DNA of 32,000 bases. Source: an uncultured Alphaproteobacteria bacterium (GTDB lineage Bacteria > Pseudomonadota > Alphaproteobacteria > Rs-D84). The notes below the pieces were generated by a model. That model saw only the letters and a list, made by a program, of their open reading frames with translations, ran no database searches and had not been told where the DNA came from. Within the stretch, counting starts at the first letter, position 1. Every line of letters starts with the position of its first letter. Positions 1 to 7,431 of the stretch are shown piece by piece. The position numbers and the translations under genes are program-made. Where the stretch lies: positions 360,001 through 392,000 of the forward strand of contig OZ007020.1 in the NCBI GenBank assembly GCA_963931495.1, written 5' to 3'.

Positions 1-1090
1 AATACGTGCGCTGGGGCATATGCAATCTATTGTGGAAAAACGGGCAACATTGCCGATATTGATGAACGTAAAAATTGATGTCACAGATGATTTGGTTTTG
101 TCGGCAACAAATGTTGATTTAGAATTGGTTGAACATGTCGCGGCGGATATTACACTGGGTGGACGCACGACCGTGCCGGTTCAGATGCTGTATGATATTG
201 TTCGTAAATTGCCAGATGATGCGGAAATATCGTTCAAGCAATCTGGGGACCAGTTGGTGGTGTCCAGTGGTCGCGCAGTGTTTCATTTGCCGACATTGCC
301 GGCGGAAAATTTTCCGGCCATGGCGGGCAGTAATTTAACCACCAGATTCCAGATGACAACGGGTGATTTGGCGCACTTGATTAACCAGACGAAGTTTGCA
401 ATCCCAACAGATGATGTTCGTTATCATCTGGGGGGGATTTATTTCCATATCTCGGACGAAGGCAAGGAAAAAATGTTAACCGCGGTCGCAACAGATGCCC
501 AGCGTATGGCACTGTGTGCAATTCCGGCCCCGGCGGGCAGTACAGAAATGCCGGCGGTTATTTTGCCGCGCCGCGTGATTGGTGAATTGTCAAAGTTATT
601 GGAAGATGCAACCGTTGATGATGTTACGGTTGAATTGTCGGATACCAAGGCACGGTTCACAGTTGGGGCAGCGACATTGACCAGCAAGTTGGTTGATGCG
701 CAATATCCAAACTATCGCGTTGTTATTCCAAAGGGTAATGACAAAATTGCTGTTATGGACAGAAAGCAATTCTTGAATGCGGTTGATTTGGTGTCGGTTG
801 CCAGTGTTGATAAAACAAAATCAGTTCAGTTGACGTTTTCTATGAACAAGTTGGTTGTTAATGCGTCCAGTCCAGATGCCGGGACCGCGACCCAAGAACT
901 GGATGTTGAATACAATGGTGATACCGAATTTACGGTTACGTTTAATGTAAAATTCTTGATGGATGTTGCCGGCCAGGTTGAAGGTGAAAAATTCCAAATG
1001 GAAATGCAGGATCCATTATCGCCAACAATCATTAAATCCACAGATAAAAATACAGACGCGTTGTTCATATTGATGCCGATGCGTATGTAA
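1..1090 (+). CDS. dnaN: DNA polymerase III beta sliding clamp, 5' end outside window
   Basis: The frame of ORF 20..1090 stays open back to base 2 (IRALGH precedes the listed Met), so the true start is upstream. VEKRATLPILMNV, ATDAQRMA, AQYPNYRVVIP and the C-terminal LFILMPMRM fit the beta-clamp pattern. Recalled alphaproteobacterial clamps begin ..LLKALGHVQSVVERRNTIPILSNV. Confidence 0.93.
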   Translation, partial: IRALGHMQSIVEKRATLPILMNVKIDVTDDLVLSATNVDLELVEHVAADITLGGRTTVPVQMLYDIVRKLPDDAEISFKQSGDQLVVSSGRAVFHLPTLPAENFPAMAGSNLTTRFQMTTGDLAHLINQTKFAIPTDDVRYHLGGIYFHISDEGKEKMLTAVATDAQRMALCAIPAPAGSTEMPAVILPRRVIGELSKLLEDATVDDVTVELSDTKARFTVGAATLTSKLVDAQYPNYRVVIPKGNDKIAVMDRKQFLNAVDLVSVASVDKTKSVQLTFSMNKLVVNASSPDAGTATQELDVEYNGDTEFTVTFNVKFLMDVAGQVEGEKFQMEMQDPLSPTIIKSTDKNTDALFILMPMRM

Positions 1091-1111
1091 TCTGTTTATT
1101 TGGTATGTTGA

Positions 1112-1146
1112 ACAGTTCTGCAAATATATGCGGAACTGTTTTTTTT
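1112..1146 (+). terminator. Rho-independent terminator after dnaN
   Basis: Stem acagttctgc / gcggaactgt (10 bp, one G-U), 8-nt loop, then a T7 run. It starts 22 nt after the dnaN stop. Confidence 0.8.
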
Positions 1147-1214
1147 GTTGGCAAGAATTGCAAACTTGATTTTTTATGATAACATCTGCGCCAGAAACAG
1201 AGAGGTTATTTTTT

Positions 1215-1757
1215 ATGAATATATCAGAAATTATTCCGGGTAAAGAACCACCAAAAAAAATGAATGCGGTCATAGAAGTGCCAGAAAATGGATATGTAAA
1301 ATATGAATTGGACAAGGATACCGGGTTGCCGCGTGTGGACAGAATTTTACATACCCCGATGGCGTATCCGGCCAATTATGGTTACTTTCCAGGCACGTTG
1401 GGTGACGATGGCGACCCACTGGATTGTGTTGTCGTTTGTAATGCGCCATTGAATCCAGGTGTGTTGATTGAAGTGCGGCCAATCGGGGCACTGTTGATGG
1501 AGGATCAATCAGGTGGCGATGAAAAAATTATATGTGTGCCACGTGATAATATTGACCCATATTATACAAATACAGAATATATTGAACAGTTACCGGAAAT
1601 ATTGCGTTCCAAGATTGAATATTTTTTTCATCACTATAAAGATTTGCAACCAAATGCATGGTCCAAGGTCAAGGGCTGGGCCAATCGCGATATGGCAGAT
1701 AAACTGATTATGGAAAGCATTGACCGATATTGGGCGCGCAAGCGTGCCGGGCAATAA
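1215..1757 (+). CDS. ppa: Inorganic pyrophosphatase (family I)
   Basis: YPANYGYFPGTLGDDGDPLD, EVRPIGALLMEDQSGGDEKIICVP and HHYKDL are family I PPase signatures. The ATG at 1215 is preceded by agagg (1201-1205), so the listed 1176 start is probably an upstream extension. Confidence 0.93.
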   Translation: MNISEIIPGKEPPKKMNAVIEVPENGYVKYELDKDTGLPRVDRILHTPMAYPANYGYFPGTLGDDGDPLDCVVVCNAPLNPGVLIEVRPIGALLMEDQSGGDEKIICVPRDNIDPYYTNTEYIEQLPEILRSKIEYFFHHYKDLQPNAWSKVKGWANRDMADKLIMESIDRYWARKRAGQ

Positions 1758-1820
1758 ATGCTTGCCAGGGATGGATTGTGATTTTATAATAACTGCGCAA
1801 AAAACAAAGGGGTATTAATT

Positions 1821-2390
1821 ATGGCATCATATATTGCAAATGATATGCGTGTGGGTTGGGTGATTTCGCACAACGGGAAAAGATATTCTGTTATGTCAAT
1901 AACCAAGGTAAAACCCGGCAAGGGTGGCGCATTTGTCCAGGCGGATTTGCGCGATATTGATTCCGGAAACAAGGATAATAATCGTTGGCGCGCCGAAGAC
2001 AAAGTTGAAAAGTTAATAGTAGAAGATTTTGAATGCCAGTATCTGTATTCTGATGGTACAGATGCATATTTTATGAATCTGTCTGATTATGAACAATTTA
2101 CTATGCCGGTTGAATCGCTGGGCGAACAGATGAAATTCTTGGCCCCGGAAATGCTGGTCAAGGCTAATTTCGTAGAAGGTCAACCTGTATCAATTTCATT
2201 GCCGAAAACAGTGGTTGCCGTCGTGGCGGAAACAGAACCGGCGTTAAAGGGACAAACTGTGTCCAACAGCGGGGGCAAACCGGCGATATTGGATAATGGC
2301 GTGCGGGTCCAGGTGCCGTTGTTCATTGAACAGGGCGAAAAAATTGTCGTAAATACAGAAACGCTGGAATATGTTGAACGTGCCAAATAA
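1821..2390 (+). CDS. efp: Translation elongation factor P
   Basis: 189 aa. KVKPGKGGAFVQADLRD loop region, three-domain length, C-terminal GEKIVVNTETLEYVERAK. SD aagggg at 1807-1812. Confidence 0.93.
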   Translation: MASYIANDMRVGWVISHNGKRYSVMSITKVKPGKGGAFVQADLRDIDSGNKDNNRWRAEDKVEKLIVEDFECQYLYSDGTDAYFMNLSDYEQFTMPVESLGEQMKFLAPEMLVKANFVEGQPVSISLPKTVVAVVAETEPALKGQTVSNSGGKPAILDNGVRVQVPLFIEQGEKIVVNTETLEYVERAK

Positions 2391-2412
2391 AAAATAAATT
2401 ATAACCGGCATT

Positions 2413-2465
2413 CCTGCGCACGGTGACGGCCGATATATATGAGGGTCATTGTTGTCGTGCGCAGG
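2413..2465. repeat. 10-bp perfect inverted repeat between convergent efp and fba (possible bidirectional terminator hairpin)
   Basis: cctgcgcacg (2413-2422) and cgtgcgcagg (2456-2465) are exact reverse complements separated by 33 nt. There is no clean U-tract on the + side. Confidence 0.4.
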
Positions 2466-2474
2466 TATGCGGTA

Positions 2475-3425
2475 TCATTTTTTTATCTGGTTATTTGATT
2501 TCATTATATTTGTTATTTCGTCCACACACGTATCATATATGTTTTTTTGTCCGGCGCCCAGGTAATCGCGCGGGTTAAATGTTTCTGGATTTTTTGCCAA
2601 TGTTTCACGCACACCTGCGGTAAAGCCCATGCGCAGGTCGCTGTCTATATTTACTTTACATATATTCATTTGAACCGCGTGTCGTATTTGTTCGGGTGGA
2701 ATACCGCGTGCGCCACTGATTTTGCCGCCGCTGGTGTTGATTGTGTTTACATACGATTGTGGCACGGTTGATGCGCCATGCAGTACCAGTGGAAAATCAG
2801 GTAACTGGGTGGCGATTTTTTCCAATATGTCAAATCGCAATTCTTCGTTATCAGATTTGCGTTTGTATGCACCATGACTGGTTCCGATTGCGACGGCCAA
2901 CGAATCAGTATTTGTTGCGTTTACAAAATTAACCACGTCATCAGGATTGGTATAGTTTGACGCATCGCCGTGTGTTGTTTCATCTTCAAATCCGGCCAAT
3001 GTTCCCAATTCTGATTCAACCGATACATCATATTGATGGGCAAAGTCTATGACAGTGCGGGTCAGTTCTGTGTTTGCGTCAAATGGTAATTTGGAACCAT
3101 CAATCATAACACTGGAAAACCCCAGTTTAATCGCATGAACACACGATTCGTATGATGTCCCGTGGTCCAAGTGTAATGCAATCCCGTTTTCTGGACGCAG
3201 ATTTAGCCCCCAAATCATACCCATCAGTAAATTATCGCCCATGTATTTTAACGCAGATTCAGATACCGCCAGAATAACCGGGCTGTGTGTGTCGCGCGCC
3301 GCAGATATAATCGCATCCAATGTTTCCATGTTGTAAAAGTTAAATGCCGGCACCGCATAGTGATTCGTAATTGCGTCGGCAAACATTTGTTTTGTGTTGA
3401 CCAGTCCAAAATCTTTGTAATCCAT
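2475..3425 (-). CDS. fba: Class II (metal-dependent) fructose-bisphosphate aldolase
   Basis: YAVPAFNFYN, HLDHGTSYE, SVMIDGS, GTSHGAYK and LVLHGAS are class II aldolase motifs. The listed TTG start at 3449 lies inside the predicted -10. The ATG at 3425 (MDYKDFGLV) follows ggggga, and the ATG at 3437 is an alternative. Confidence 0.9.
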   Translation of the reverse strand: MDYKDFGLVNTKQMFADAITNHYAVPAFNFYNMETLDAIISAARDTHSPVILAVSESALKYMGDNLLMGMIWGLNLRPENGIALHLDHGTSYESCVHAIKLGFSSVMIDGSKLPFDANTELTRTVIDFAHQYDVSVESELGTLAGFEDETTHGDASNYTNPDDVVNFVNATNTDSLAVAIGTSHGAYKRKSDNEELRFDILEKIATQLPDFPLVLHGASTVPQSYVNTINTSGGKISGARGIPPEQIRHAVQMNICKVNIDSDLRMGFTAGVRETLAKNPETFNPRDYLGAGQKNIYDTCVDEITNIMKSNNQIKK

Positions 3426-3448
3426 AAAATCCCCCATGCTTTGTGACA

Positions 3449-3457
3449 ATTATATCA
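3449..3457 (-). promoter_or_regulatory. Extended -10 promoter element (TGaTATAAT) for fba
   Basis: The minus strand reads cttgTGaTATAATtg immediately upstream of the fba start. No good -35 is present, which is tolerated by extended -10 promoters. Confidence 0.45.
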
Positions 3458-3505
3458 CAAGTGCCGCGAATAAAATATCAGGAATATTTTCGCAAAATTA
3501 ACACC

Positions 3506-3535
3506 TTGACAAAAAATACATTTGTAGTGTATAAT
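3506..3535 (+). promoter_or_regulatory. Near-consensus sigma70-type promoter (TTGACA-18 nt-TATAAT)
   Basis: TTGACA at 3506-3511 and TATAAT at 3530-3535, both perfect hexamers. It points into the 3542-3766 unit. Confidence 0.7.
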
Positions 3536-3541
3536 TCACAA

Positions 3542-3733
3542 GAACTTTGAAAACAACGTATATTCAGGTGGTTGGATACGATGAATATCTTTTGTATTCT
3601 TGACCGTTTTTATTCTGGGGGTGCGCCGTCGTGGCCGCCCTGTGGGGTGACGGGGGGAATGCGGGGGAATGAATCGTTTCCGTTTGTTCAAAACGCGTCT
3701 GAATATGTTTTTGGGGCGATGTAAGACAGGGAT
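3542..3733 (+). ncRNA. Candidate structured leader or small RNA (G-rich), family not recognised
   Basis: Lies between a consensus promoter and an intrinsic terminator. A locally G-rich core carries the tandem boxes cggggggaatg / cgggggaatg (3651-3671). Long-range complementarity joins atattcag (3560-3567) to ctgaatat (3699-3706). A competing complementarity exists between ctttgaaaacaacg and cgtttgttcaaaa. Confidence 0.35.
3581..3724 (+). CDS. Possible 47-aa small ORF inside the leader (MNIFCILDRFYSGGAPSWPPCGVTGGMRGNESFPFVQNASEYVFGAM)
   Basis: ATG at 3581 lies 9 nt after aggtgg (3566-3571), and the stop TAA is at 3722-3724. It is below the 60-aa ORF-track cutoff, and no family was recognised. 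It may be non-coding. Confidence 0.2.
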   Translation: MNIFCILDRFYSGGAPSWPPCGVTGGMRGNESFPFVQNASEYVFGAM

Positions 3734-3766
3734 GGGTCCGGATTTTTTCGGCCCGTTTTTTGTTTT
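3734..3766 (+). terminator. Rho-independent terminator / attenuator
   Basis: Stem ggg(t)ccgga / ttcggccc with a tttt loop, followed by gttttttgtttt. It ends about 35 nt before the SD of the next gene, leaving no room for another promoter. Confidence 0.7.
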
Positions 3767-3804
3767 ATGTTGCGTCAAATCGCCAAAATAAAAAGGAGTA
3801 AGTG

Positions 3805-4257
3805 ATGAAGTTCAAACGTGTTGTGCCATATAATTTGAAAAAGATGCTGCCGATATTGGGAATTGCCGGTATCGGTGCCGTATCATCATGTGAAAAAGTT
3901 GAACCAATAGAAATGCCAAAGACGTCTGTAGAATTTGAGATACGCGGCGGAACTAATAGTAATCTGGTCGCAGAAACGTGTGAATGGAACTATAATCGTA
4001 TGGTGCCAGAGATATTTACATATGCGGACCAAGAATATATTGACACGGTGTATTTGGTGCCTATCAGTGTATGGTCATATAATTCAGAGGCGATACATTA
4101 TATACGCAAAAACTTTTTAGAGCAATTTATAAACTATTCACCGAAAATTCGTGGAAAAGGTGATTTCCCGTTCCGTACAGGAGAGGCATCCAAGGTACCA
4201 GAAGACAGTTTATGGTTTGTCCAGAACGGTTGGACGATAAATCAAAAACAACGCTAA
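3805..4257 (+). CDS. Lipoprotein, paralogue 1 of a tandem pair (unknown family)
   Basis: SD aaggag (3793-3798) precedes the ATG at 3805. Signal peptide with lipobox GAVSS-C. Shares PYNLKKMLPxLGIAGIGAVSSCEK, YSPKxRGKG-F and PEDSLWxVQxGWTINQ with the next gene. Confidence 0.8.
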   Translation: MKFKRVVPYNLKKMLPILGIAGIGAVSSCEKVEPIEMPKTSVEFEIRGGTNSNLVAETCEWNYNRMVPEIFTYADQEYIDTVYLVPISVWSYNSEAIHYIRKNFLEQFINYSPKIRGKGDFPFRTGEASKVPEDSLWFVQNGWTINQKQR

Positions 4258-4286
4258 AGCGGTCTTTATTTACAAGGGGTAAGATT

Positions 4287-4763
4287 ATGAAAAAAATAAA
4301 TTTCAGAAAAATTTTTCCGTATAATTTGAAAAAGATGTTGCCAGTATTGGGAATTGCCGGTATTGGCGCCGTGTCGTCGTGCGAAAAACCATCACCATAT
4401 CAACCAGCGCCAGCCGAAGTTGATGTTTATTTTGATTATGATAATACAGATCCAGCATATATATGGACATTAAGTTCAAATGGGCAATATACTTATGAAC
4501 CCGGGAAACCTGTACAATATTACAATGAACATCCAGATGTTAAGACAATTTATATTGTGCCGGCGGGGCAATGGAACGAGTATACTGGTGTTGTGTTGCA
4601 AAGAATACGTCCTGGGTTGGAGATGCTGTTTAATTATTCGCCAAAGGTTCGTGGCAAGGGCAATTTTAATTTGCCGTTGGGGTATGCAGCCCAGTTTCCA
4701 GAAGATAGTTTATGGCTTGTTCAACATGGATGGACGATAAATCAACAACAAAATCAGCATTAA
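4287..4763 (+). CDS. Lipoprotein, paralogue 2 of a tandem pair (unknown family)
   Basis: ATG at 4287 follows aagggg. MKKINFRKIFPYNLKKMLPVLGIAGIGAVSSCEK contains the lipobox. The conserved C-terminus is PEDSLWLVQHGWTINQ. The listed 4212 start overlaps the previous gene and lacks a signal peptide. Confidence 0.8.
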   Translation: MKKINFRKIFPYNLKKMLPVLGIAGIGAVSSCEKPSPYQPAPAEVDVYFDYDNTDPAYIWTLSSNGQYTYEPGKPVQYYNEHPDVKTIYIVPAGQWNEYTGVVLQRIRPGLEMLFNYSPKVRGKGNFNLPLGYAAQFPEDSLWLVQHGWTINQQQNQH

Positions 4764-4766
4764 TAT

Positions 4767-4796
4767 AAAAAAAACCGGCATTTGCCGGTTTTTTTA
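4767..4796 (+). terminator. Rho-independent terminator (A-tract/T-tract flanked)
   Basis: aaaaaaaaccggc-attt-gccggttttttt immediately after the stop at 4763. The listed TTG start at 4782 of the next ORF lies inside it. Confidence 0.85.
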
Positions 4797-4856
4797 TCAT
4801 TTGACAATACCGTTGTAAACGTGCAAAGATATTCTTATAAGATGCGGGTCTTTATT

Positions 4857-6320
4857 ATGAAAAAACTGCTTAATACGTGGATATTTGTTTTTTTTGTGTG
4901 TGTTTGTTGTGATGTGATGGCCCAGGCTGTTGTTGGGGCTGGTGATGGGCCGGAGATTGTACAAGTCTGTCAGGTGAATTGTAGAGAAGTAAAACCAGTG
5001 GATGACCCAAATTGGGTTTGTTCAGAGGCGGGGGTCACTTGTACAGCGGGATGCTACAAAAATCCTTACGAGGCCGAGGATGGAACACAGACAGCAAACT
5101 GTCAGGCGTGTGGTATTGGAACGTATATTGAATCCCCTGACCACGTCAGTCCGGCGTGCGATGATTGCAAGAAACCAGACAATGTTGCAAATACGGTTGT
5201 TAATTTTGTTGAAGATTCGGCGGACGTATTAAATCCAGATGTTAAGGATTGTACAGAGGATGGTTCTAATAATTCGTCATGTATATTAACTGGGCGTACA
5301 TTAGAGTACGGATGTCCATGGATGGTAACGTGCGAAGATGGATATTTTTGGAATGGCAGCCAATGTTCAAACTGTACCAAAGGATACGAAGGAAATGGAA
5401 AGACGTGGACCATGGTTGCAACTGGGAATAAGTTGTCTGGCATCGCAAAGGATAATCGGTTAGAACGTTGTATCGGTATTGAATATACGATATCTTTACA
5501 AACAAATACATCGTATGCCGCGAATATAACGCCGGTTGCCAGTGGGATGCCAACGTCGGATGAATATAAAGACAAAAGCGTCGTTTTTAAGTTTGGCAGT
5601 GGATTTAAGAACGGAAGCAGCCATACAACAACGTTGCCCAGTTCGTATTTGCAGCCGTCAACGTCGTACTATACGTTAACGTTGCCCAGTTCGTATTTGC
5701 AGCCGTCAACGTCGTACTATACGTTTTTGGGGTATTTCAAAACGGCCGATGATTCAGAAGATACAACGCCTGTTATAAAGCCGGATGGCACGGGTCAAGG
5801 GGCGGAATCTGCGGATTTGCGTGATAATAATACACTGTACGCGCGATATGAAATACATAATACCAGTGTATGGTACATGGATAAAAAACCACAGTCGTGG
5901 GGGAACGCGCCTGCGACCAAGGCAGAAGTTGTGTTTACTGTAAAGAATCCAGAAGCAGACAGAAAGGTAAAGGCGTTGCCCAGCAATTGGTATCTGGATG
6001 GGAAAATTTTTGATTACTATGAGTGTTATAATGTAAAAACTGGTGCGGCGTGCCAGGGTAAAGTTGAATACGATCCGGGTGAATCTTTGATATTTTCAGA
6101 TGATTTGGAACGTGTTTTGATTCCGCATTATCACGACTGTCCCAAGGGACACTATTGCCCAAAAGGTGTGGAAAAGGATTGCCCCGCCGGGTCAACCACA
6201 AACAGCACGGGCCAGTCGCAGATTACCAGTTGCGTTATGAAACCAACCGACAGTGGAACGAAATTTGTTGATCAATACGGAACCTTTTATTTGCCCAGTA
6301 ATTCTGATATACCGTATTAA
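4857..6320 (+). CDS. Secreted cysteine-rich repeat protein (eukaryote-like CxxC / CPxGxY modules), family member 1
   Basis: MKKLLNTWIFVFFVCVCCDVMA signal peptide from the ATG at 4857. Many paired Cys: CQACGIGTY, CEDGYFWNGSQCSNCTKGYEG, DCPKGHYCPKGVEKDCPAGSTTNSTGQSQITSC. The C-terminal module is shared with 20760..21635 and the fragment 10558..10752. Confidence 0.75.
   Translation: MKKLLNTWIFVFFVCVCCDVMAQAVVGAGDGPEIVQVCQVNCREVKPVDDPNWVCSEAGVTCTAGCYKNPYEAEDGTQTANCQACGIGTYIESPDHVSPACDDCKKPDNVANTVVNFVEDSADVLNPDVKDCTEDGSNNSSCILTGRTLEYGCPWMVTCEDGYFWNGSQCSNCTKGYEGNGKTWTMVATGNKLSGIAKDNRLERCIGIEYTISLQTNTSYAANITPVASGMPTSDEYKDKSVVFKFGSGFKNGSSHTTTLPSSYLQPSTSYYTLTLPSSYLQPSTSYYTFLGYFKTADDSEDTTPVIKPDGTGQGAESADLRDNNTLYARYEIHNTSVWYMDKKPQSWGNAPATKAEVVFTVKNPEADRKVKALPSNWYLDGKIFDYYECYNVKTGAACQGKVEYDPGESLIFSDDLERVLIPHYHDCPKGHYCPKGVEKDCPAGSTTNSTGQSQITSCVMKPTDSGTKFVDQYGTFYLPSNSDIPY
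5631..5726 (+). repeat. Tandem 48-bp duplication (2 x 16 codons, TLPSSYLQPSTSYYT[LF])
   Basis: Units 5631-5678 and 5679-5726 differ only at their last base (a vs t). Confidence 0.95.
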
Positions 6321-6443
6321 TTGATTTGATGTCCGTGGACTGTGTATTATATAACTTGACAACGTGGCGTTTTGTGCAACAATTGTAGTACGAATCGGGG
6401 AGCGGGTCAGAGAATACGTAAAGTTTGATAAAGGACACGAAAT

Positions 6444-6839
6444 ATGAAAAAAGTTCTGGTTTCCGCAATTGCATTGACCGCTTTGACCGGATGCAGCGCA
6501 TATTATGACTACTATAAGGGCGGCGTCAGATATACCCAAGATGGGCAAGATTGTATCTATTACGCCGGCGAATATGGACGTAATTTTTCCCAGTATGTCA
6601 GTGGTATTGATAATGGCAAAAAGATTGTCTATCGCAACACACGGTGTGAAGACCTGTATGCGCGCGATACGTTTGGTTTGCCACAACGTAATGAACGCCA
6701 GGTTCTGGCCCCGGCGGCCCAAGAAGTGTCGTGCACACAATGTGGTGCGTGTGGTGCCGAAACTGTTTCTTGCGGATGCGATTCTTGCGGTGCCCAGCCG
6801 GTTCTGAAACGCAGATATGTCATCGTTCCGGCGATGTAA
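6444..6839 (+). CDS. Lipoprotein with Cys-rich C-terminus (unknown family)
   Basis: SD aagga. MKKVLVSAIALTALTG-C lipobox. C-terminal cluster CTQCGACGAETVSCGCDSCG. Confidence 0.7.
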   Translation: MKKVLVSAIALTALTGCSAYYDYYKGGVRYTQDGQDCIYYAGEYGRNFSQYVSGIDNGKKIVYRNTRCEDLYARDTFGLPQRNERQVLAPAAQEVSCTQCGACGAETVSCGCDSCGAQPVLKRRYVIVPAM

Positions 6840-6865
6840 AGCAAACCAGATTTCGTTGACTTTTG

Positions 6866-6906
6866 GCGGCAATGCCGATGCTGTTCGGTGTTGCCGCTGT
6901 GTTTTT
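6866..6906 (+). terminator. Rho-independent terminator
   Basis: gcggcaa / ttgccgc 7-bp stem, 18-nt loop, then tgtgttttt. Confidence 0.6.
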
Positions 6907-6970
6907 ATCTTGCTTGAATCATGCGTGTTTTTGTGATACAATTGCTGTAACAGGTTAAAAGGGGATTCAT

Positions 6971-7351
6971 ATGAAAAAATTATTAAAGATTTTGGGTGTT
7001 GCTGGTATCATCGCAACCGTCGGTGCCGGCGGGGCAATGGCGGTCGCGGCGGGCGGTGTCGGTGTTAATGATTCCGGACTGTGCATGTTAATCGGGCAAA
7101 TGTATGGCGTGTTCAAAATATTACGTACGTTGGCGTTTGTTGGGGCTGCGTTCATTATCGCTGGATGGGCATGGACATATATTTCCAAAGGCAAGGTTGA
7201 AATGGAGGACCTGAAAGCCAAAGGTACAGGCATGTTGGTCGGGTTCGTATTGTTGTTTGGTATCGGTATTGTGTTACAGTTCTTCTTGTCATCAGCCGGG
7301 TTGGGGATGATTGGATGCGAAAATGTAATACTGCAATGGGGATTGAATTAA
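6971..7351 (+). CDS. Small membrane protein with TrbC/VirB2-type pilin architecture
   Basis: 126 aa. Long signal-like N-terminus (MKKLLKILGVAGIIATVGAGGAMAVAAGG), then two hydrophobic helices separated by the charged loop SKGKVEMEDLKAKG. The segment GLCMLIGQMYGVFKILRTLAFVGAAFIIAGWAW resembles the recalled VirB2 core ..ICTFILGPFGQSLAVLGIVAIGISWMFG. Confidence 0.4.
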   Translation: MKKLLKILGVAGIIATVGAGGAMAVAAGGVGVNDSGLCMLIGQMYGVFKILRTLAFVGAAFIIAGWAWTYISKGKVEMEDLKAKGTGMLVGFVLLFGIGIVLQFFLSSAGLGMIGCENVILQWGLN

Positions 7352-7376
7352 AAAAACGGCCAAATGGCCGTTTTTT
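7350..7376. terminator. Bidirectional rho-independent terminator
   Basis: aaaaaaacggcc-aaat-ggccgtttttt between convergent genes. Confidence 0.8.
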
Positions 7377-7431
7377 ATTGTTCTGGCGTAAATACCCCGG
7401 GCGTGGGCCCAAGGAATTATTTATTTTATTT

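Noticed and set aside
3536-3778. 80-aa minus-strand ORF rich in R/P/K
   Set aside because: It is the complement of the G-rich leader. It runs against a consensus + strand promoter/terminator pair and has no SD.
4801-4841. Promoter for the Cys-rich gene 1 (TTGACA at 4801, or TTGTAA-17 nt-TATAAG at 4813-4841)
   Set aside because: TTGACA has no -10 at a workable spacing. The TTGTAA/TATAAG pair would leave only a leader of about 9 nt before the ATG at 4857. This is too ambiguous to report as a feature.
4782-4856. TTG start at 4782 for the Cys-rich protein. Similar upstream extensions were considered at 1176 (ppa), 4212 (lipoprotein 2), 22807 (lepA), 27168 (acpP), 30909 (mltG) and 21680 (Cys-rich 2).
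   Set aside because: The extensions overlap terminators, promoters or the preceding gene, and they lack homology. Internal ATGs have SD sequences and give canonical N-termini or signal peptides.
6192-6941. 249-aa minus-strand ORF
   Set aside because: It overlaps the end of the Cys-rich gene and the whole lipoprotein gene 6444..6839. That lipoprotein gene has an SD, a lipobox and a terminator. The antisense product is R/C/T-rich with no recognisable motif.
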